From Verrucomicrobiota bacterium (GTDB lineage: Bacteria; Verrucomicrobiota; Kiritimatiellia; CAIKKV01; CAITUY01): DNA of 62,227 nt. Location: assembly GCA_011391785.1 (NCBI GenBank), contig JAABPW010000114.1:1-62227 (forward strand), given 5' to 3'. The notes under the pieces are model-generated. The model was not told the DNA's origin and made no database searches. It saw only the letters and a list, made by a program, of their open reading frames with translations. Positions 38,154-48,947 of the stretch are shown here, piece after piece; position 1 is the stretch's first letter, and each line of letters begins with the position of its first letter. Both the position numbers and the translations under genes were made by a program.

Positions 38154-39626
38154 TTACGGTGGGTTCAGGTAGTTTTTGAGGGTCGCGGAGGTGAGGCGCG
38201 GAATTTCGGGATGGAGGGTTCCCTGTGGGGCTGGGGACAGGACTTTGGTCAGCGCCTGAATGGCCTCGGTGGCGGTGGCCTGGGGGTGTACGGCAAAGTA
38301 CTGGGCGATGGCGCGTGAGGTGTAGGCCGCGGCGATGGACGTGCCGCCATAGGACCCCGGGGGCCCCTTGTAGCCTACCGGGAGGTTGGCGAAGCCCGGG
38401 GCGGCAAGGGTGATGAAGGAGCCGTAATTGGATTGCTCCCAGAAAGTGCCATCGGGCGTGAGGGCAGCCACGGCCACCACGTTAGGAAGGGCGGCGGGGT
38501 AGAGTGGCCGCCCTGTCGGTTCATTACCCGCTGCCGCAACCATGACTGCGCCCTGTTTTTGGGCATAGAGGATGGCCTCACTGAAGAATTGACTGTTATT
38601 TTCAGAGCCCCAGCTCATGCTGATTACCCGGGCACCATGTTCCAGGGAGAAAACCATGCTTTGCATCAGGGAAAAGCTGCTGGTGATGCCCTGGCTATCC
38701 ATGGTGCGGATCGGAATGATGGGGGCGGCCGCCAGGGAGGAGGGGTCCGTCCCGGTTGGGGAGACTGCCCCAGCGGCAATATAGGCCATTTGGGTGCCGT
38801 GCCCTACCGGATCGGAAATGGTCTGCCCCGGTGAGGTCGCGTCGAGGGAGGCGACAATGGCTTTTTCGAGCGAGATATCCACCTTGAGGCCGGAGTCCAG
38901 TACGGCGATGGCCGGTCCTTTACCGGCTGTGATGGTCAGCGGGGTATCGGGTGTGCTGCCGTTGCCGTCCCCGCGGTGCGGCGTGATGGAGCGATAGACC
39001 TGGTTGGGTTCGGCCTTGGCAACCAGAGGGTCCTTCGACAACTCGTTGAGGATTGCCGCAAGGTCCGAGCCGGGCGGGAAACGGAGGCGGTAGATCCCGA
39101 GCGCGGGGATGCCGTCCAGCACCAGGGCTCCAGTTTTCAAGAGGAGATTGCGGAATTGATCCTGGGTAGTGCCCGGGCGCATTCGCACCAGGAGTTCATC
39201 CTTGAGGCAGACAATCGTATTGGTTTGCGAGGTGCGGGCTTGCGCGGTTGCCGCCGCAGGGAGGGGAAGTGGCTTGAGTTCCCTGCGGTCCCCGGGTTTG
39301 TAGACGAGGATCTCGGAAAGCCGGCTCATCCTGCCGGCCGGTCCCTCGAAGGATTTCCAGCTTAGGGCGTAATCGCAATCAGCCAGCAGTCGTTTTACGG
39401 CGTCCCCGATTTCACGGTTGTCGAAATCCGCTGTGATCAGGGGGTTGATTCGCTCATCGATGGCGATTCGAACCCCGGCGTTCTGGAAGTGGGAGAGAAT
39501 TTCGCGCAACGGAACCTGATCCGCATGAACGGTCATGGTGTCCGCCGCCATGCGAACCTCGAGAGCCGCGGTTGTACAGGCCGCCAGACCCATTGCGAAA
39601 AACAAAAGGATTTTGGTCCAATTCAC
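38154..39626 (-). CDS. Secreted subtilisin-family (S8) serine protease with an N-terminal STN-like domain
   Basis: Signal peptide. Residues ~25-95 resemble the secretin/TonB short N-terminal domain (VPLREILSHFQNAGVRIAID...IGDAVKRLL). Catalytic blocks are AVLDSG (D), HGTQMA (H), AAAGNE (N) and GGTSIAAAY (S). Confidence 0.8.
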   Translation of the reverse strand: MNWTKILLFFAMGLAACTTAALEVRMAADTMTVHADQVPLREILSHFQNAGVRIAIDERINPLITADFDNREIGDAVKRLLADCDYALSWKSFEGPAGRMSRLSEILVYKPGDRRELKPLPLPAAATAQARTSQTNTIVCLKDELLVRMRPGTTQDQFRNLLLKTGALVLDGIPALGIYRLRFPPGSDLAAILNELSKDPLVAKAEPNQVYRSITPHRGDGNGSTPDTPLTITAGKGPAIAVLDSGLKVDISLEKAIVASLDATSPGQTISDPVGHGTQMAYIAAGAVSPTGTDPSSLAAAPIIPIRTMDSQGITSSFSLMQSMVFSLEHGARVISMSWGSENNSQFFSEAILYAQKQGAVMVAAAGNEPTGRPLYPAALPNVVAVAALTPDGTFWEQSNYGSFITLAAPGFANLPVGYKGPPGSYGGTSIAAAYTSRAIAQYFAVHPQATATEAIQALTKVLSPAPQGTLHPEIPRLTSATLKNYLNPP

Positions 39627-39845
39627 GTCTGCGACTGTAAGGTATTTCCAGATATAAGTCGAACTTCCAGCGTTGAAAGAGGCCAGACCAAGGATATGTG
39701 CTTTTTGATAAAATGTCGCTATGCGTAATAATGTCGCTTAATGCGCCATACTGTCTCACTTTGCAAAAGTGAATTTATCTTATAATATGTTATTTAATGT
39801 TGATTGATAACAGGATATGAATATTTGAAGTGCCATTTGATCGTT

Positions 39846-39861
39846 TGGAACGAACCTTGCT
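39846..39861 (+). promoter_or_regulatory. Sigma54-like -24/-12 element upstream of clpB
   Basis: TGGAACG-AACC-TTGCT matches the consensus TGGCACG-N4-TTGCW with one mismatch and correct GG/GC spacing. It lies 28 nt upstream of the clpB ATG. The RBS AAGGAG at 39877-39882 lies between them. Confidence 0.3.
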
Positions 39862-39888
39862 GATGGATATCTATTGAAGGAGAAACCC

Positions 39889-42501
<2,613 letters not shown>

Positions 42502-42579
42502 GCCCTGAAAACCCTTGCGACACCCGTTGAAGTGTGAAAAGGTATCGGGTAGTGATGATTCTTCGCGGTGGAGGGATTC

Positions 42580-45123
42580 ATGGCTTCCGATACCAATGGT
42601 ATAAATAGTCTGGCGGGGATACGGGTCCTTGTCCTGGACGATGATGAGACCATACGCCTGCTTTCCCAGCGTGTCCTGATGGCTCATGGTGCGGCCGCAG
42701 AATTGGCGGAGAACGGGCGCGTCGCCCTGCAGATTCTCCTGCGACAGGATTTTGATGTGGTACTGGTCGATCTGCGCATGCAGGAGATGGATGGCCTCAC
42801 GTTCATTCAGGAGGCCCGTAATATCTGGCCCTGGCTGGGGTTCATCATCATGACGGGTTTCATGGACGATATGTCCCAGGACATTTCATCCCGTCTGGGT
42901 ATCACCCGGGTGTTGCAGAAACCGGTTTGGCCGGCGGTGCTATGCCAGACGGTTCTTGAGGAATACAAGGAGCGGCGGTTGGGCCTGGGGACTGCGGGGC
43001 CCGGGCTTGAGCAGCACCAGCGGCAGTTGAGGATGCTTGGTCATCTGGGCGAGACGGCGCTGGCGTCCGGAACGTTCGTCGAGGCCCTGCGTGAATTGAG
43101 TGAGGGGCTTGGCGAGCTGATGGACTGCGACGTAGCCGGGTTGCTCGGTTTTTCAGAGGGGCAGAAAGTCATCGTGCTTAGCGCCCAGAGCGAGGTTTCC
43201 GAATCCTTCCTGATTTCCGCCCGGGAGGAGATCGTGGCCCGTTATGAGGCCTTGAGCGGGCAGATGATTAACCGGGACGAATTGCGCATCCAGGTAGAGG
43301 GCATTCCCCCGCAACCTGCCGGGCCCAACGTGCCGGGCCGCATGCTGGCTATCCCCCTTTTGATGCACAACGAAGTGCAGGGGATCCTTCTGCTGGCCGC
43401 GGCGGATCCTGAAAAGCTGGCCACTGTGGATGTTTCATTTGTCTACCATATTGCCAACGTGCTCTCCTCCATTCTCTCGGCGGTGACACGGATCCGCCAG
43501 CTGGCGGCACATGATTCGCTTACAAACCTTTATAATCGCGCCTATTTCGAGGAGCAAACGGAGCGCGCCTGGCAGTTGGCCCGTCGTTATGGTTACAGCA
43601 TGACTGTGGCCATCATGGATCTCGATTACTTCAAGACGGTGAACGACACGCATGGTCACCTGGCAGGCGATCAGATGCTTCGTGAGTTCGCCGACATCAT
43701 TCGCAACGTGGTGCGCACCTCGGATGTGGCGGCTCGTTTTGGCGGCGATGAATTCGTGGTTTTGCTGCCCCAGACGGATCTGCCTTCAGGCATCATTTTG
43801 GGGAACCGCCTTCGTCTGGCGGTGGATGAGCATATCTTTTGTGCCGATACGCTGCAGCTCAGGATGACCACCTCCATTGGGTTGGCCACCAGCCGTGATA
43901 TCGCCCCCTCCGACCATGCCAAGGAGATGCTGCGCCTGGCTGATATGGCTCTTTATACCGCGAAGAGGGAAGGGCGGAACCAGGTCAGGGCATGGTCGGA
44001 GGACCGGAAAACTGATCCATCGGTGGACGTGCTCGAATCCCGGATCCCGCAAGCCGCAGTCACGGCTGAACCCCGGCACCCGCCCCGCATCCTGGTGCTG
44101 GACGATGATCCTGTAATCATCAAGGTGCTGCAGGCGATCCTGAAAGGCGCCGGTTATAGTGTCGACTCGGCGCTCAGCTCAACGGACGGCATTGAAATGG
44201 TCCGCAAGAATTCCAACGTCTATGACGTCGTTATTACCGATCTGACCATGCCGGATGCCAGCGGGCTGGAAGTCCTTCTGGCTATTAGGCAGATTGACCG
44301 TTTTGCAATGACCGTGGTGATGACCGGCTTTGCCACAAAGGAGAACGCCGTCGCATGCCTGCGCCAGGGGGCTTTCGAGTTCATTGAGAAACCTATCGTG
44401 AAGGAGGAGCTTCTGGCGGTGGTGGAGAAGGCGCTGGATCACCGCGGGCTTCTTGTGGAGAACGAGCGCTATCGGCTTCGCCTCGAGGATATGGTCCAGC
44501 AAAAAAGTGCGGCGCTGTTGGAGACAATGGAGGAATTGAAACTGTCGCTTGACTTCAGTCTGCAGGCGCTGGCGGGGCTTCTGGATGTGCGCGAGCACAG
44601 CACAGGGCAGCACAGCAACCGGGTTCGGGCCGTGAGCCTGACCCTGGGCAAGGTCCTCGGCCTTCCCCGCAACGACATTCAAGCGATGGCGCATGGCGCC
44701 CTGTTGCATGATATCGGGAAGATTGCCGTGCCCGATGCCGTCCTGCTGAAGCCCGGCCCCTTGAGTGAGGAGGAGTGGAAGGTGATGAGGATCCATCCGG
44801 AGGTGGGGTACAACATCCTGAAAACCAGTCCCCATCTCAAGGAAGTGGCTGAACTGGTTTATTCCCATCAGGAGCGGTACGACGGCAAGGGTTATCCCCG
44901 TGGTTTGAAGGGGGATGCCATCTGCCTGGGGGCGCGCGTCTTTTCCGTGGTGGATGCCTATGATGCGATGCGGTCAGACCGGCCTTATCGCCGCGCCATG
45001 AGTTCCGAGAAGGCGGCGCAGGAGCTCCGGGACGGGGTCGGGACGTATTTCGACCCGGCAGTAGTGGACGCTTTCCTGCGGCATCAGGACGAGATGGAGG
45101 CCGCGGGCGGCTGGGCGGAGTAA
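42580..45123 (+). CDS. Hybrid c-di-GMP turnover protein: REC - GAF-like - GGDEF - REC - HD-GYP
   Basis: REC1 (VLVLDDD...VVLVDLRMQEMDG). GGDEF domain with intact FGGDEF and an RTSD I-site 5 aa upstream. REC2 (ILVLDDD...VVITDLTMPDASG). HD-GYP domain (HSNRV..., LLHDIGK, HQERYDGKGYP). Confidence 0.85.
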   Translation: MASDTNGINSLAGIRVLVLDDDETIRLLSQRVLMAHGAAAELAENGRVALQILLRQDFDVVLVDLRMQEMDGLTFIQEARNIWPWLGFIIMTGFMDDMSQDISSRLGITRVLQKPVWPAVLCQTVLEEYKERRLGLGTAGPGLEQHQRQLRMLGHLGETALASGTFVEALRELSEGLGELMDCDVAGLLGFSEGQKVIVLSAQSEVSESFLISAREEIVARYEALSGQMINRDELRIQVEGIPPQPAGPNVPGRMLAIPLLMHNEVQGILLLAAADPEKLATVDVSFVYHIANVLSSILSAVTRIRQLAAHDSLTNLYNRAYFEEQTERAWQLARRYGYSMTVAIMDLDYFKTVNDTHGHLAGDQMLREFADIIRNVVRTSDVAARFGGDEFVVLLPQTDLPSGIILGNRLRLAVDEHIFCADTLQLRMTTSIGLATSRDIAPSDHAKEMLRLADMALYTAKREGRNQVRAWSEDRKTDPSVDVLESRIPQAAVTAEPRHPPRILVLDDDPVIIKVLQAILKGAGYSVDSALSSTDGIEMVRKNSNVYDVVITDLTMPDASGLEVLLAIRQIDRFAMTVVMTGFATKENAVACLRQGAFEFIEKPIVKEELLAVVEKALDHRGLLVENERYRLRLEDMVQQKSAALLETMEELKLSLDFSLQALAGLLDVREHSTGQHSNRVRAVSLTLGKVLGLPRNDIQAMAHGALLHDIGKIAVPDAVLLKPGPLSEEEWKVMRIHPEVGYNILKTSPHLKEVAELVYSHQERYDGKGYPRGLKGDAICLGARVFSVVDAYDAMRSDRPYRRAMSSEKAAQELRDGVGTYFDPAVVDAFLRHQDEMEAAGGWAE

Positions 45124-45151
45124 GCCATCTCCCCTTATTTTGCCCCGTTCC

Positions 45152-46186
45152 TTAGCGCAGCGGGCAAAGCAAATCGCGTTCAAACAAGTTCCGGACCATG
45201 ACCACGTCCAATGTGTGTCCCGCCTTGTAGGAGCAGATATCCGCGACAAACCGGCCGGAATCGATCAAGGCCAGGGCGGCAACCAGGTCGAGAATGGTGC
45301 GATGCCAGACCGCCTCAAGCGCCTTGCCGTTATGGAACATGGTTGGGGTGTTATAGTATCCCCAGCGGCCGGCAACCAGGATATTCCTGTTCGTGTAGCC
45401 AAGGTTCCTGACATCGGCGAACAGTTTACCGAGGGTGCGCGTGTAGAGCATCTGGGTGGCGGAACAGTTCGTGCGCGCCAGCGCGCCGTAGCGGCCGGTC
45501 TCCGGGTTGAGCCGGATGCGGATACGTTGCTGACCGATGGCGGTTTTGAAGTTGACGGCCACATCCAGGTTGAGCGCCGGGACGGGGGACGTGCAGGGTT
45601 TGAACACCAGGAAGCTCCCATTAGGCGCCAGCATGGCCACGGGTTCCCGGACGGTCACGTAACGGACGGGGAGGGCGGTCTTTTTGACGCCTGCCTTCTC
45701 AATGGCCTCCACCAGATCCATGCTGCCGCGGTCGAACAGGGGCGGATCACCGGAGTCCATGCGGATCATCAGGTTGTCCAGGTTGAGTGCCAGCCGGAGG
45801 GCGACGATATGCTCCACCATGCGCATATAGTTGTGGGGGGATCCGCTGCAGAGCACGATGTTGCGCTGGGTTGTCCAGACGTTGCTGGCGGCAACCCGGA
45901 TGGGCATGGCATCGGGCAGATCCGTGCGGTCAAACCACCAGCCTTCATTCTGGGTGGGTTGGAGATGGAGCGTGCGCTGGGCGCGGCCGAAAAAGGTGCC
46001 GGGGCCGGTGACGGAGACCGGTGAAGCAAGGGTGGTCTGGTACCGGTCGGCTTCGGGGATTTCGGGAATCCATTCCTGGTCGACAGGTTGGGAAAGAAAG
46101 CTTTCGTATTGGCGGTCCATGAGGGCCGCCTCTCCCTGTAACAAGGTTCCGTAAGTCGTCGTGTCGGGCATCGCTTGAATCTCCAC
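45152..46186 (-). CDS. LpxC-family (UDP-3-O-acyl-GlcNAc deacetylase-like) protein, divergent
   Basis: Aligns by eye to E. coli LpxC blocks: TVEHL>MVEHI, IDN>LDN, ARTFGF>ARTNCS, HKMLD>HRTILD, SGHALN>AGHTLD. About 50 aa of extra N-terminus. Not next to fabZ/lpxA/lpxD. Confidence 0.65.
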   Translation of the reverse strand: MEIQAMPDTTTYGTLLQGEAALMDRQYESFLSQPVDQEWIPEIPEADRYQTTLASPVSVTGPGTFFGRAQRTLHLQPTQNEGWWFDRTDLPDAMPIRVAASNVWTTQRNIVLCSGSPHNYMRMVEHIVALRLALNLDNLMIRMDSGDPPLFDRGSMDLVEAIEKAGVKKTALPVRYVTVREPVAMLAPNGSFLVFKPCTSPVPALNLDVAVNFKTAIGQQRIRIRLNPETGRYGALARTNCSATQMLYTRTLGKLFADVRNLGYTNRNILVAGRWGYYNTPTMFHNGKALEAVWHRTILDLVAALALIDSGRFVADICSYKAGHTLDVVMVRNLFERDLLCPLR

Positions 46187-46408
46187 TCTTTCGGTGCAGT
46201 GAAGACAAACCCGCAGGGAAAGTCAAGAAGGGGAGTTTATAAGGTGGCAACTGGCCCATTATATGTTTCTTCGCTTTCGCCTTTGGTGGGAAGGGGTTAT
46301 GATGGAAGACAGCGAGGGAAGAAATATGACGATGGCAAGAAAATCGCCTGGGTTTATGATGGACCTGTTTATCACCGACTTGGTGATCATTGTGTGGCTG
46401 GGGAAGGC

Positions 46409-47446
46409 GTGAAAAGACGCATTCAAGTCACCTTGCCATCCGGGCATCCCCCGATTCCTGTGCTGGATTTGCTTGCCAGCCGGTTCACCTACCAGTCCCG
46501 GGAGGAATGGGGGGCGCTGATCGCCGAACAGCGCGTTAAGGTGAATGAGGTCGCGGCTGATGCAGGGCGGATTTTGACGGCAGGTGACAGGATGGAGTTC
46601 ATTGCGGATGATATTCCGGAGCCGCCAGTGTCATTTGACATCGGGATCGTCCATGAGGACTACGATGTCATGGTCATCAATAAGCCGCCGAACCTGCCCG
46701 CGCATCCCGCCGGGCGTTATTTCAACAATACCCTCTGGGCATGGCTCAAAACGCACCGGTGCATCGAGTCGCCCATGTTGGTGAACCGGCTGGATCGGGA
46801 AACTTCCGGACTGCTGCTGGTGGCGAAGACCCAGCAGGCGGAGATCCATTGCCGCGCCCAGTTTGCCCAACGTCGCGTGGTGAAGCGGTATGTGGCGTTG
46901 GTGGAGGGTGAATTCCCCGAGTCGTTTCAGGCCCGCGGCTGGCTGGTGCCTGATCCTGAGTCAGGGGTATTCAAGAAAAGGCGGTTTGTCGCCTCTGAGG
47001 AGGGATCGGCGGTCGGGGTTCAGGGTTCAGGAAAGAAGCTGGTTTCAGGATACTCTCCCAAAAATCCCGAACCCCGAACCCCGAACCCTGACCCCTCTTC
47101 CGACTGGGCGGAAACCGATTTTTTTAATATCGCCACCAGGAACGGGGTCAGCCAGGTGGAGGCGCTGCTTCATACCGGGCGTTTGCACCAGATCCGGGCG
47201 ACCTTGTGCTCGCTGGGGTTTCCCGTGGTAGGCGATAAGGTCTATGGTCCCGACCCGATGATGTTCGTCCGGTTTTGCACCGATGCCCTCACGCCGGAAG
47301 ACCGCGTGCGGCTCCGGATGGACCGCCAGGCTTTGCACGCCATGGAACTGGAATTCCAGCATCCCTCAACAGGGGAGACCTTGCATTTCGAGGCCCCGTT
47401 TCCCGCTGACATGGCGGCGGTATTGAATCAACCGGCGAAGCGGTAA
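46409..47446 (+). CDS. RluA-family pseudouridine synthase (S4-like N-domain) carrying a ~30 aa low-complexity insertion
   Basis: VNRLDRETSGLLLVAK (catalytic Asp) and TGRLHQIRA. Start taken at GTG 46409 after GGGGAAGG. The 46175 start in the track would overlap the divergent gene. Confidence 0.8.
   Translation: MKRRIQVTLPSGHPPIPVLDLLASRFTYQSREEWGALIAEQRVKVNEVAADAGRILTAGDRMEFIADDIPEPPVSFDIGIVHEDYDVMVINKPPNLPAHPAGRYFNNTLWAWLKTHRCIESPMLVNRLDRETSGLLLVAKTQQAEIHCRAQFAQRRVVKRYVALVEGEFPESFQARGWLVPDPESGVFKKRRFVASEEGSAVGVQGSGKKLVSGYSPKNPEPRTPNPDPSSDWAETDFFNIATRNGVSQVEALLHTGRLHQIRATLCSLGFPVVGDKVYGPDPMMFVRFCTDALTPEDRVRLRMDRQALHAMELEFQHPSTGETLHFEAPFPADMAAVLNQPAKR
47014..47095. repeat. Intragenic heptamer palindromic repeat (GGGTTCA x2 ... 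spacer ... CCCGAAC x3 CCTGAC)
   Basis: Read directly: 47014-47031 is cGGGGTTCAGGGTTCAGG and 47066-47095 is CCCGAACCCCGAACCCCGAACCCTGACCCC. The arms are imperfect reverse complements. It encodes the ...GVQGSG...NPEPRTPNPDP... insert. Confidence 0.6.
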
Positions 47447-48774
47447 TCGTAAGGCTTGCGCATTTGGCGGGCGATATGCTTGTTCGCCTCCCTGGCGTTG
47501 TCGCCCACAAAGACTTCCTTGGCGGGATTCCATCTCAGCGTGTGGCCGGTGCGCAGGGCAATGATGATCAAGTGCCCGATACTTGCTGACCGGTGCCCGG
47601 ATTCGACATTGGCAATGGGATCCTTGCGTGACCGCATGCAGGTCACAAAGTTTTCCATGTGGTTGTTGCTGACTTCCAGCCGGATAGCCGTCTCCGGCAG
47701 CTTGTCGGTGAGAATTTGCCTGTCGTTGGCCGTGATTTCGTTGCGATTGACCCAGATCCAGCCGGCTGATCCGATGAACTTGATGCCGTTTCGCTGGCCA
47801 TCTTGTTTGACGATGCCGCCATACGGGGTATCGTCGAGCGTGGTCTTGACGATCTGCTTGACCCCGTTTGCCCACATCAGGGTGGATTCGAATTCGCTGG
47901 GCGTTGTATAGCCGTCCGGCAAGGGGGGGGTGACAACACGCGCCTCGATGCTGATCGGACCTTCCTGTCCGATGCCCCAGCGGGCGATGTCATTGTGGTG
48001 TGCGCCCCAGTCGGTAACCGGGCCTCCGGCATAGTCATACCACCAGCGGAAGTTCGCGTGGCATCGTTCCTCCACGTACTCGGCTGCCGGCGCCTGACCC
48101 AGCCAGAAGTCGTAGTTGAATTCCGGGGGGATGGCGACCTTCTTGAATGGCCCGCCGCGGATACCGGCGGGAAGAAAAACATGGACCTCCTGCAACGTCC
48201 CAATACGGCCATTGCGGACAAGTTCACAGGCGAGGCGGAACCGCGTGCTGCTGCGTTGCTGGGTTCCGGTCTGGAGGACGACCTTGTTCCTGCGCACGGC
48301 CTTGATGACGTGCCTTCCCTCGTCGATGGTGAGGGTCAGGGGCTTTTCGCTGTAGATATCCTTTCCGGCTTTCGCGGCGGCGATATTGATCAGCGAATGC
48401 CAATGGTCGGGGGTGCCGTTAATGATGGCATGGACATCCTTGTTTTCCAGCAGCTTGCGGAAATCAGTATAAGTTGCGGGAGCCTTGCCGCCTTTTGTGA
48501 AGCGCTGTGCGGCACTGGAGAGGTGTCTCTGGTCAACATCGCAAAGCGCGACGATATCACCATACTGTGAGGCGTTCCCGGCATCACCCTGACCCATGCT
48601 GCCGCAACCGACAAGTGCGATGCCGGGTCTGTTGTTGGGGCTTTTGGTGGGGGCAGGGCCTTCTGCGGCGGCTAGTTCGCGTTCCATGAGCCATAACGGC
48701 AAACCGGAGGCGGCCGCCATCAGGCTGCAACGCTTAAGGAAGGCTCGACGTGAGAGGATGATGTGGTCAGACAT
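47428..48774 (-). CDS. Gfo/Idh/MocA-family oxidoreductase with a twin-arginine (TAT) signal
   Basis: SRRAFLK TAT motif and GIALVGCGSMG Rossmann motif. 448 aa. Confidence 0.85.
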   Translation of the reverse strand: MSDHIILSRRAFLKRCSLMAAASGLPLWLMERELAAAEGPAPTKSPNNRPGIALVGCGSMGQGDAGNASQYGDIVALCDVDQRHLSSAAQRFTKGGKAPATYTDFRKLLENKDVHAIINGTPDHWHSLINIAAAKAGKDIYSEKPLTLTIDEGRHVIKAVRRNKVVLQTGTQQRSSTRFRLACELVRNGRIGTLQEVHVFLPAGIRGGPFKKVAIPPEFNYDFWLGQAPAAEYVEERCHANFRWWYDYAGGPVTDWGAHHNDIARWGIGQEGPISIEARVVTPPLPDGYTTPSEFESTLMWANGVKQIVKTTLDDTPYGGIVKQDGQRNGIKFIGSAGWIWVNRNEITANDRQILTDKLPETAIRLEVSNNHMENFVTCMRSRKDPIANVESGHRSASIGHLIIIALRTGHTLRWNPAKEVFVGDNAREANKHIARQMRKPYDYRFAG

Positions 48775-48947
48775 GGTTCTGTTTCCTTTCGAGGATTGCT
48801 TATAACAGCAGGTGTGGTGGGAGGCAATCGGAAAGGTCCGGCATTAAAGACAGGGTCGGGGACAGGCTGGTTAATTTCTTGCCACGGGGTTTTCTGTGGC
48901 TATCATGCGGCAAATGGATGGCAGGGAATAAAGGGGAGGGAAATCCA

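Noticed and set aside
45140-46024. 294 aa plus-strand ORF
   Set aside because: Antisense to the LpxC-like gene, which carries ordered LpxC blocks. The plus-frame product is G/A/R/D-rich with no motifs.
46299-46412. 37-codon upstream ORF (MMEDSEGRNMTMARKSPGFMMDLFITDLVIIVWLGKA) with a GGGAAGGGG RBS, whose TGA overlaps the GTG start of the RluA-family gene
   Set aside because: The GTGA overlap could indicate a coupled leader peptide, which is tempting. It is too short and has no family or conservation evidence available here, so I cannot support it as a gene.
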